From positions 62,001 through 126,000 of the forward strand of contig NIVC01000180.1 in NCBI GenBank assembly GCA_002269645.1: 64,000 bases of DNA, read 5' to 3'. A program made the translations under genes and the position numbers. A model generated the notes under the pieces. It was not told the DNA's origin. It made no database searches and saw only the letters and a list, made by a program, of their open reading frames with translations. The DNA comes from Macrostomum lignano. Lineage: Eukaryota. This document shows positions 50,973 through 61,654 of the stretch, piece after piece (positions within the stretch are counted from its first letter, which is position 1; each line of letters begins with the position of its first letter).

Positions 50973-53900
50973 TTATTTTCCGTCGCGAAGAACCTCAGGC
51001 GAGCACGAGGTCACCAGCCGCCGCTTGCCGAGCGGGATCAGGTGGCGATAGTTGTCCACCATCTGCTGCTCCCGGTCGCCGGTCGGCGAAGCGTGGCCGC
51101 AGGACAGACTGCGAAGTTGGGCGAACTGCGGAGGAATTCGGAGTTGAGTGTCGGTTTGTTTGCGTTATCTAATTACATATCTTACTACGAAGTAAAGTAA
51201 AATCAGGGACTACTTAAACTAGGGACTGGAAACTGGCCAAATCATGCAAAAAATTGTTGGAGGCTGGTTTTTTCTAGCCCTCTCTAGAACTTATTATTGA
51301 ACGTAGAAAGCTGGTTTTTCGCCATCCTGTACAGAATTTATCCCTCTACAAGATACACAACTTACTTTTTATCAAGCTTCATTTTGAGAGTAGCAGTGAG
51401 CTCTTTTGTACAGGACCCCTCTTTTCACAGTGTTTTATAGAGAGAATGCCTTATAAAAATCTGCAGTCAGACGGCTTGTTGTCTATGCTATAAAACGCAT
51501 CACTATACATGTAGCACTTGTTTATCAATTGAGCATGCAACGAAGGCTTGGCTTTAGTCTGTCTGATGACTGATAGAGCCTGATGCATGTATAAGAATGA
51601 AGAGCTTAGCTAAAGGCGAAAGAAACTCTAGCAAGCCAACTTTTTTCAAGCCAAGTTCACGAGACCCCCGTCAGGTGGAACATCAACGCTGAGCTACCCG
51701 GACCGGATGTAGCGAGGCTGCGGCAGCTGCTAGAGTACAAAGAGAACTTGTTCGCCAAGCACGAGTTCGACCTGGGCACGACGGAGCTGCTGCAGCACCA
51801 GGTCGAACTGGAAACGGGAACGCGGCCGCACCGGCAAATCCAAGCAGCGCCGTCTGCCTCGGTCTGTGTGAGACCAGGTGGATAATAAGATCGTACAGAT
51901 GCTGGACAGCAGCATCATCGAGCCGTCGTCGTCGCCATGGGCAAGCAACCTGCTGGTGGTCCGTAAGAAGAACGGCAAAATGCACGGACTGTCGGCAGCT
52001 GAATACCTGTACGGTCAAGGACGCGTACCCGCTGCCGCAGGGGGGGGGCGTAGCCCAGCGGTAGCTCAGCTGCTCTGGTGTGCCAGCGACCCAGGCTCGA
52101 TTCCAAGTGCAGTCACATTAATTTGGGGCTGAATTGGAATCTCGGCTTAGATCTGCTCGTGCAATTAACGGCCTTGAGAGCCAACCCCCCAAGGCGCAGT
52201 GAAGTGTACATGCCTAACGATAAAATATAGTTAGGGCCACTGTACACTCCTGTGTGAGTGTGTGCCTGCGTACGTATCCGCGCGCTTGTATGCCTTGCTC
52301 AGGGGAGTCGGCGGAATGGGCAGTAATGCCTCTCGCCGGTTGTGTGCCTATGTCGCTTAAAGTGCGCCAGGGTGCACACAACCCCCCTGCCTCTAATAAA
52401 AAAAATACAAACCCGCTGCCGCACATTCAGCAAGCATGAATGCTCTGGTCGGGTGCTTCTGGTTCTCCACCATCGACCCATGGCTACCACCAGGTGGAGG
52501 TGGCGGAAGAGGACCTGCCTTCTATTCAACCCGCGGCTTGATGCAGTTCCGTAAGACGGGCTTTGGAATTTGCAATGCCCCAGCGACGTTGCAGCGGCTG
52601 ATGGAGCTGGTGATGTCCGGTCTGTCCTGGGACCCTTGCTGACTTACATCGACGACATCATCGTCTTCAGCAGGACCTTCGACGAGCATCTAGTGAGGCT
52701 TGAGCTTGAGCGCGTTTTTCAACGGCTGCGAGATGCGGGTCTCAAACTGCACAAGGCGAAGAGCGTGTTCGGCCATCGCCAGGTGCTGTACCTGGGACAC
52801 CTGATCAGCGACCAGGGTTGCACCGGACCCCAGCAAGTTTGAGGTCATTCGCAGCATCCCTAGTCGAAAGTTGGTCGAAGAGGTGAAGTGGTTCCTCGGC
52901 ATGCTGCTACCGCCGATTCATTGAAGGGTTCAGCCAGACGGCGAGAGTCCTGCACGATGCGTGAAATCGAGAGACTTCGCATATGGACCGGCGACTGAGA
53001 GCAAGCTCACAGTAAAGGAAAATTGACCGCAATAAGCAGGCGCAGGGAGTTCTGATTCCTCCGAATTCCTGGAGTTGGTTTCCAGGGAAAGCTGGCATAC
53101 CGGCCTGAGTACATATTTGTGAAATTTTAAATGCCTATATGTCCACAAAATATATCTAGCAATACGTACGTACAGTCACCGACTAAATGAACCGAGTGTG
53201 GCTCGGTTTCAGAGTAATTGCAGAGCAACTGTAATGACAAGGAAGATTTTATTTTTTATTCAGTTATTCAAGGCTACAAGCTTAACTGAATAGCGATGAT
53301 GCTTGTGCAGAAACCCTAGACATTTCAATAAGACGTTTGCTATGTTAAATTCCCTAGAGAAAAGGGAGATCCTGTGCAAGAAAGCTCACCGCTCCTCTCA
53401 AAATGAAGCTTGACAAAAAGTAAGTTATGCATCTTGTAGAGGGATAAATTCTGTACAGTATGGCGAAAAAACAGCTTTCTACGTTTAATAATAAGTTCTA
53501 GGGAGCGCTAGAAAAAAACAGCCTCCAACTATTTTCTGCATGATTTGGCCAGTTTCCCATCCCTAGTTTAAGTAGTCCCTGTGTAAAATATGAAGTACAT
53601 CACACACCGTATTTTCTATGCGTGCGCCTTTTGCATTTTGTACATGTATCACAGCAATATCAGCGTTTTGCGTGACCTCTCTCTTGTATGACCTCCAACT
53701 GCTTTTATGACCTCCATCTTTCTTTACCATTGACCTCTCTGTATTTTGCATATCTTCCTGCTTTTGTGCCTTCTGCCTTTTTCGGAGTCGTTCCGCGTCT
53801 ACATGTATCTTTGCATAAACCTGCTTTTGTAATTTGCATACAATTTTATAATCTTTTGTGCGTATTTCGCAAACATACGAATACGAATACCTTAACGTTC

Positions 53901-56900
53901 CTCAAGTATATCACATTTGTCCACCGACAAGCGAGTTGATGTGTGTCGAGATTAAGATGACAAGCGGTGCAAAGTTATGATCGTTTGTATTTGACGGTAG
54001 AATCAGGAATCTTGAGCGCATGGCTCTAGGCGGGGTCTTGAGGGGAAGAAGGGCTGAAACCGAGAAGGGAGCTCTGCGAAAGAAAGAGTGTACTGCCATA
54101 GACTAACTAAACAATAACAGAACGAAAGTTGAGCGAAGCTTAAGTCACATAATATACAACATAGACAGAAAAACAATAATGCACTGAAGCTATAGTATTT
54201 GTCATGCTATCTCAGCCTAGAGACATCCAAACTCAGCCAGCCCATCTCAACAGTGCGATTTTTTACGTAAGCCAGTCAAGTTTTACCATAGACATGCTTC
54301 TTAAGGCCATGCTATCTCAGCCTGGGACATGCAATCTCAGCCACTTTTCAGATTCTTACTGACTTTTCTTGCTGCGTTCATTCATTGCTGTTTGTTGCCA
54401 TTTCATGTCACGTTACAGAAATGATAGCATTGAGATCTGTTTGCAATTGAAATCTATATTGGCTGAGATTGCATGTCCCAGGCTGAGATAGCATGGCCTT
54501 AAGAAGCATGTCTATGGTAAAACTCGACTAGCTCGAGCCAAAAAACGCATTGCGGAATGGGGCTGGCTGAGTTTGGATGTCCCTAGGCTGAGATAGCATG
54601 ACAAAAGCTATATTAGGCTGAGCTCTAATGCACAACACGAGTCATCGAGGACAACTGAATAAGAAATGGCCTAGCCAATGCTGGACCAGTCGGCGTGATC
54701 GTAGCTACGCTCGTAATTAGACTCAACGCAAACACAGTTCGTGATGCTAAGCGGTTTTCAAGTACATGTAAGAAGTTTAAAGTAGACATCGTTGTGCGGC
54801 TGGGTCAACTTACAAGACCATACAATGGTCCGATGGTCGAAGTGGATGCAGATCATTCAATGTTAGACTGAGACGCTAAAATCTACATGATATCCTCAAA
54901 TTGTTACTTGAGAACGACAAAACTCTGAGAGATCCTGTGTGATCCTGTCAGTTTCTACGCGAACTATGGGTTCAATTCTAGAGTTTTGAGTTGAGAAGAG
55001 ATCCTTATTTGGATGGACCATTGGATCTGAACGCTGTTGCAATGTTTCGGCGTTTCTAGTCGACTGCATGGTCAGGCAAGTTATCGATTGGTCCGGATCT
55101 TTACCTCAGGCGATCGAGCTACAATCTCTTCATGTTTTCGAGCTGCGAAACAGCTACATGTAATTAAGTTTGCTCACCTGTTCGGCACTCATGGAGATTG
55201 GCTCCCGAAACACGGTCCACTGCACGGACTCAAAGCACGGCGGCGTGGTCAGCGAGCCCTCGTACGAAAAAATCTCGGTCAGATTGGCCGGCAGGAAGTT
55301 CGCCAGGTTGATTGGCTCAGCGAGCGGTACTTTCGAGCCAGGAGCCCGGATCTTGTCGAAGTGCTGCAGCACCCGAGCCATGGCCGGGTGCTCCGCTCCT
55401 ATCTGTGGCCGCAGAGATTTGAGTTTAGTGTGAGTTGGCTACTATAGTATCAATCAAATGCTGGATTTGACGCCACCATAAATAGAAATGGGTTTCCAAT
55501 GCAAGCAGCTAGTCATTGCAGTTAAACAGTAAAATACACGTGTACTGCGTATAGACGAAGACAAACGATTCCTTACTTTTGGGACAGGCACTATACGTTT
55601 AAGCTAAACAGGCTTGACGCAACATGCCAACCCAAAACTATCAAGCGTATGCTAACAGAGGCGTACATAGGGGCGTAATTTTGGTGTCAGACGTACATAT
55701 TTAGCGCCCGAGGCGAGGTCTTCTAATACCTATTTTTTAACCGATAGACCAGCGTGAAGTACGCGGCCCGCAATGCCTACGGTATATCTGCAATCTGCTC
55801 TTACATCTACGAAAACTCCCAAAACGGCGAGTCCATCCTTGATGGCGGCAGCCTCCTGGAAGCTGGAAAACTTGCCAGCGTTCCAGTGCACCAGGTGCAG
55901 CTCCGCTGGGAACAACCGACCGTTGAGCGCGTGCTCGCTGCCCCAGGAGTCTCCGGAGCCCCAGTGCATGTGGAACTGGGCAAACTGGTAGCGGCACAGA
56001 AGAGGTCCGCCTTCCACGGCTGAGTGCGGGTTTGAGCGGAAGGATTCATGGTTGATTCAGTTATTTGGATACTGCTATTCTCCGATCACAGTGGTGTCTC
56101 CCCCGGACTCCCCCGAGTGTTTGCAGCTCGGCTCCTTAGTTCGTATTACAAGCGCAAACATGTTATGCAATGCAGACAGAAAGACTTGAGAGTTCTTATT
56201 AAGCTCTCGATTAAAAGACTCTGTAAACTATATTTAAAGTATATAGCACAGTACCACTGACTCAGAGCCTTCTGAAGCTGAAGCTCATTCATCAAACCTG
56301 CTCAAAGATTCAATACTCACTGGCCAAATCGCCGCTCCCGCTGGCCACCTGGAAGCTGTGGCCGGTGTTGCTCAGCTGACAGTCGGGCAGGTCCTGGTAG
56401 GCGCACCTCAGCGGCGGATTGTTGAGCTTAGCCGAGAACACCGCCTGCCCGAAATCCAGGTTCACTGGCGACTGAAACGCCCCCGCGGCCTTTGGAAAGA
56501 ACCGGGACCAGGTGTGCGGTCCTGCGTTGCGCAAGTGCAAATTCAAAGGATTTGAAATTCAACCAAGGACTTAGAATTTTTTAAAGTCGTTTGCGGCACC
56601 GAAAATTTCAAATAAAACGGAATTAATTTTTATAGATTCAACATGTGGGTTTTTTTGCGGGGCACCATTTTTAACAGGGGTGCACCATGAGTCATTCTTT
56701 CCAGCTGTCTGCAGTGGTAGTAATGAAAATGAGACGTAGGATATGCATGAACATGTTAGATCGACGCAAAATGAGTTTGTGTTCTTGTAATCGGAACAAT
56801 TTCTGTTTTGTTCTGTTGAACACCAAAACATCTGTTCTCCAAAATTACTGGAGAATGTCCGTTTCAAAACTCGATATTGACTGAGATTCCTACTGAAAAC

Positions 56901-57147
56901 CCATCCGACCTTACATGTACGTCGTCGAAACGTGCTAATAACTTTCTATCAGAGTCTTGTCGTCCGAGCGATCAGAAGTGCAACTCATTTAGTCTTCTTT
57001 CACATACAGGTACTATATCTATATGTACATTATACTCTCGCACGTCTCAGGCAGCCATGGGACACCCCGGTGCGCATAGCCCAACTTTAGCTTCTCACCA
57101 TTTTCATTGTCGTATCCCCAGCTCGGTTGCTTCTTGCCGCGCTGCAT
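50973..57147 (-). CDS. Alpha-carbonic anhydrase, cytosolic type (280 aa, 5 exons)
   Basis: Exons 57147-57099, 56521-56321, 56019-55805, 55402-55178, 51125-50973; total 843 nt. Motifs WGY, QSPVNL, NTGHSF, QFHMHWG, SEH, ELHLVHWN (three Zn-ligand His), YEGSLTTPPC, DNYR. No signal peptide apparent. Confidence 0.93.
51660..52960 (+). pseudogene. Degenerate Ty3/Gypsy reverse transcriptase fragment
   Basis: IIEPSSSPWASNLLVVRKKNG, KDAYPLP, GYHQV, FGICNAPATLQRLM, TYIDDIIVFS, YLGHLIS. Multiple frameshifts. Confidence 0.85.
52040..52410 (+). mobile_element. tRNA-derived SINE (371 bp) inserted in the Gypsy RT fragment
   Basis: A-box TAGCCCAGCGG (52051-52061), B-box-like GGCTCGATTCC (52094-52104), AATAAA/A-rich tail, 13-bp TSD ACCCGCTGCCGCA (52027-52039 / 52411-52423). 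Confidence 0.85.
54198..54605. mobile_element. Foldback/Mutator-like MITE (408 bp) with long TIRs
   Basis: Inverted arms of about 150 bp starting TTTGTCATGCTATCTCAGCCT. Flanks AGCTATAGTA / AGCTATATTA (9/10 TSD match). Confidence 0.75.
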
Positions 57148-59249
57148 GTTTTAAAAATTATCCTCGGCCGACTTGATCGACTTATAGCTCTCCGGATCTC
57201 TGCTGCTGCCAAGAGTTTTTTTATGAAATTTGATATTTGGAGGAGCAGTTTTTTCTTTTTAACTGAAAAACCTGCCTAATTCAAAAGATCAAGAAGATTT
57301 TACGCAGTTGCAAAGAGGCCAATGAAACTGAAAGCTGGTGATAAGCAGGTGTGTTGAGATTGACAATCTCTTAGCAATAGCTATTCGTATACTCGTACAG
57401 CTCAACTGAGTAGCGCGTCTCTCTCGAGTAGCTTGCTAAGATCTACATGGTGGACGACTTATGGCAGCGGAATCAATTGATAACGCGCTCCTGCAGTGCA
57501 GTCGACTAAAGGTATCTGCAGACCCCGCGTGACAGTTTTGGCAAAGATAACGACCACCCGAATATTGTGCAGAATCATTTCACATTTGCGCATGCATGCA
57601 CACTGTTTTCATACAGTATAAGTGACTTTTTAGCATCGCTGCATGATTGCTTTTGTTTCAAAGACACAATTTTTTAACTGAAACAAACGGTAGGCCATCT
57701 AGATCGTACTGTGTACCAAAGCTGTCCCAAAACAGAGGCAGTAATCGATGTAATTTAATGTAATTTGAATCAACTGAATGAGTAAATAAAAATGTTACAG
57801 TTCTATCACTTTTTTACTTGTTTCAAAATGTTAATCTCTTCAAAAGTTATGGCTAAAATATAACAGGAGGTGGGGAGAGTTATAATAAATAAAGTCTGTT
57901 ACAGCACCGCCATCGCCATCTACTGATGGCGATTCATCACTACACCTGTAATTCCTTCACTTTATCATCAGCCATTGTTACTGGAGAGGTTGGATGATCA
58001 TCACGGTTGGGCTGTGTCATGCAGTATCATCTGTACGTCCAATGATGAAGCGCACCTCAAGCCGGCGATATATGCATACAAGACAGTCATAGAAGAGATC
58101 AGAGATTTCATACAGCTACATGGCTACCGTAACAACATTTATTAATTGCTTCCTCGCTTCCCCAGTTCTACTGCAGTAGAGAATATAACTGACGTTGAAT
58201 ATTTGGAAGAAACACCACCAAGTATATTTTGAGCAACTGAAAAAGAAAATGAAAACATTCCCCAGTAGATTTGCCTCTATTAGAGTCGATTTGCTCAGCG
58301 CGATTTCTTTCGGCAACTGCGATCGGTTTTTATTAGTTGTTCCTGTCTGGACCATATCGGTGCTTACGTTTTCATTCTCTCTTCTTTTTTTCTTTTCTTT
58401 TATACATGCTTCTGTTTTTCCATAGCTCCTTCTGCTCATTTTGCATTCCTCGTTGCAAAAGATCAAGTCTATAGTCAAACTCGCGGGTTTGAAAAACTAT
58501 ATAACCCCTTAACCCCCAGATGTTATATTTTTAATTTTTATAGTCGATCATAACTTTCGAATATAAATAAACATCATATTTTAAACGGTGCGATGATCGA
58601 AGTAAGTTACATTAAATTCTGATTCCAGAGTTCTGAGTCGATACATTGATTTTCCCGCTATAAAATGCAAGGCCACATATGGAAGAGACAACAAGCCGTC
58701 TCGGATGTACATGCATGTAATGAATATTCAGGAACGATAGCGATGGGCTTTCCAAGCTTGGTAGAATAAGTCTAAGACAAACATTAAAATTTTCAGTACA
58801 GATGATACAATAAAAAGATATAGCATATCTCTTAGCAAATGTCAGAGGCCCGTGGGTCTGAATCAGCTGAATAAAAGGACAAGGCCGGGGACTAGCAAAA
58901 ATTATTTAGTCTTCTTAACTCGTCCTTTTCCGGAATATTAACAAATTGGCAGCTTCAGTAGCTATGGCTCCGATTGCGAGGACGAATCCAGTAATGATCT
59001 ACTTACGAAGAAGTCATTGAATTTGCAGTCAGGCCTTATATATAAAGCTTTTTCTACAATGCCGCAGTCGCAGCGCCGGATTGGACAACATATGCATTGA
59101 TATTTATGTCTAGGTTTTACTTACATTTTTTATAGAAATAAAACTTTAATTTATATATAAAGAAAGTTCACCATACATTTTATAACTTCCTAAAAAGTAC
59201 TAACTACTTGTTAACACCGATGCAGTCTTTAACGTTGACTGTTACCTTA

Positions 59250-59633
59250 GGGTCTCCCTAAAACACGCCCCGCGCCGCCCCGAACCGTTACACATTATAA
59301 CAAATTTGGCTATAACTGAAAACATTTAAAAGTTAGTTAGTTCTCTGTTAAGCTTCAAGTTTGTATCGAATTTAGTTTTTTCACTATGAAATATACAATT
59401 CGGTAAAAAATAAGCGATATTAATAGTAATATTAGTAAAATAATAATTATAAAATTTTTTAAAATAGAAACGAGAAAATGAAAAATAATGCTATTATTTA
59501 GAATAATGATTGAATTTATTTATTCCATTACTCTTACAACAAATACTTTTCTCTGCAATCAAATACTGCATTGACAAAAAATGTTATAATGTGTAGCGGT
59601 CGGGGCGGCGCGGGGCGCGTTTTAGAGAGACCC
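59250..59633. mobile_element. MITE derivative (384 bp) of the 37252-44619 MULE family
   Basis: TIR GGGTCTCCCTAAAACACGCCCCGCGCCGCCCC, a shared subterminal CTGCATTGACAAAAAA segment, and 9-bp TSD GTTACCTTA (59241-59249 / 59634-59642). Confidence 0.9.
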
Positions 59634-60412
59634 GTTACCTTACTTTTAAACGTCATAGCAAGGCATGACGGTATTGTGACGAGTTTATTTAGTTCGAGAA
59701 CATGGGACTGATGCGCGTGCGCGTGCTGAGTCTGAGTGTTGATCTTGTCCTAGGCCAATATACGTATTATTAATTTAACAACTCAATTGCTAGTCTGAAT
59801 AATGGTGAGTAGGTCAGAAGCAGTATGGCAATGCCAACTATTACCAAAGGGTAACCTGAGACGATAATATAATGTTAATGCCACCCAGCCTACGGGAACT
59901 AAGACCAACACACAGAGCGCAGGACTCTACACAAAAACTATCAAGAAGCAAAATTTGAATAACTGCACTAATTGAAAATAGAAAAACAAAATTAAACCAA
60001 ATGAGGAAAGTAACTAAAAAATAAGTTACAAACATTAGACCAAAATAGATATAGTTTTAAATATTAATTGCAAAAAACCATAAATACGAAATTGAACATT
60101 TTCAATACAGAAGCGACGACGTTACATCCGCCCCTTTCCGCAAAAATTAGGGAACGGCCTGGCGATCTTATGAATTCGAAAATAACAGGGCTTAAAATGT
60201 AATAAAATGTCAACGAAGTTGTTATTTGAGCGCACTCGAACTCCACAAATATTGGTTGGGAATAAAAGCAGTAGACGATCGATTAAGCAATAAGTAACGA
60301 TATAAAATTCAGTAATATAACTATTGTATATTCGCGAAAAATTAATTGAGAGACAAACGGTCAGAAGGAATCAAAAGTGGATTAAGACATACGAGCGAAC
60401 GAAACGCCAAAG

Positions 60413-61290
60413 GAGGCCGATGGTAGCCGGCATTAGGCCGATGGTAGCCGGCAGGAGCAGGCCGATGGTAGCCGGCGTGAGCAGGCCGATGGTAGCCGGC
60501 AGGAGCAGGCCGATGGTAGCCGGCAGGAGCAGGCCGATGGTGGCCGGCAGGAGGCCGATGGTAGCCGGCAGGAGGCCGATGGTAGCCGGCAGGAGGCCGA
60601 TGGTAGCCAGCAGGAGGCCGATGGTAGCCGGCAGGAGCAGGCCGATGGTAGCCGGCAGGAGCAGGCCGATGGTAGCCGGCAGGAGGCCGATGGTGGCCGG
60701 CAGGAGGCCGATGGTAGCCGGCAGGAGGCCGATGGTAGCCGGCAGGAGGCCGATGGTAGCCGGCAGGAGGCCGATGGTAGCCGGCAGGAGCAGGCCGATG
60801 GTAGCCGGCGTGAGCAGGCCGATGGTAGCCGGCAGGAGCAGGCCGATGGTAGCCGGCAGGAGCAGGCCGATGGTGGCCGGCAGGAGGCCGATGGTAGCCG
60901 GCAGGAGGCCGATGGTAGCCGGCAGGAGGCCGATGGTAGCCAGCAGGAGGCCGATGGTAGCCGGCAGGAGGCCGATGGTAGCCAGCAGGAGGCCGATGGT
61001 AGCCGGCAGGAGCAGGCCGATGGTAGCCGGCAGGAGCAGGCCGATGGTAGCCGGCAGGAGGCCGATGGTGGCCGGCAGGAGGCCGATGGTAGCCGGCAGG
61101 AGGCCGATGGTAGCCGGCAGGAGGCCGATGGTAGCCGGCAGGAGGCCGATGGTAGCCGGCAGGAGGCCGATGGTAGCCAGCAGGAGGCCGATGGTAGCCA
61201 GCAGGAGGCCGATGGTAGCCAGCAGGAGGCCGATGGTAGCCAGCAGGAGGCCGATGGTAGCCGGCAGGAGGCCGATGGTGGCTGGCAGGA
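60413..61290. repeat. 18/21-bp minisatellite GGCCGATGGTAGCCGGCAGGA(GCA) downstream of the Gypsy integrase
   Basis: About 45 copies read directly. Confidence 0.95.
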
Positions 61291-61654
61291 GACCGATCCC
61301 CCCCCCCCTAATAACTACAACTGCAGAACCCCCCCCCCAAAGACGAAAGAAAAGAACCTAAGGTGGAAAGGCACAAGAAAGCTAGGAAAGTTTCACACCA
61401 GGCTTAGAGCGTTGCAGCAACGATAGCCCGCAACACAGCCAAGGCAAACGATATGTGTGAAAACCAAAGCAGACCACCAGCACTGAAAACTGAAAACTCA
61501 AATTTACCTTTTCATGGTTACTTTAACGACTGCTGCAATGTCGTATTCGAATATTTCCATTTCAATATTTTTGGATTTTTTAAAAGTTTTTTTGTCAGTT
61601 ACAAATCATTAGTAGTGAGCAATGACCCCAAGTAAGCCCCATTAAGGTTAAACG

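Larger units (their letters stand above)
51204..53581. mobile_element. Non-autonomous P-like TIR element (2378 bp) in CA intron 4, carrying Gypsy RT sequence
   Basis: Imperfect TIRs of about 220 bp starting CAGGGACTACT, same family as 44820-46778. Flanks AGTAAAAT / TGTAAAAT (7/8 TSD match). Confidence 0.8.

Noticed and set aside
59640-61340. Exact 3' LTR boundaries of the Gypsy element
   Set aside because: No clean PPT-TG junction, and the 5' LTR is outside the window, so no paired LTR or TSD can be verified.
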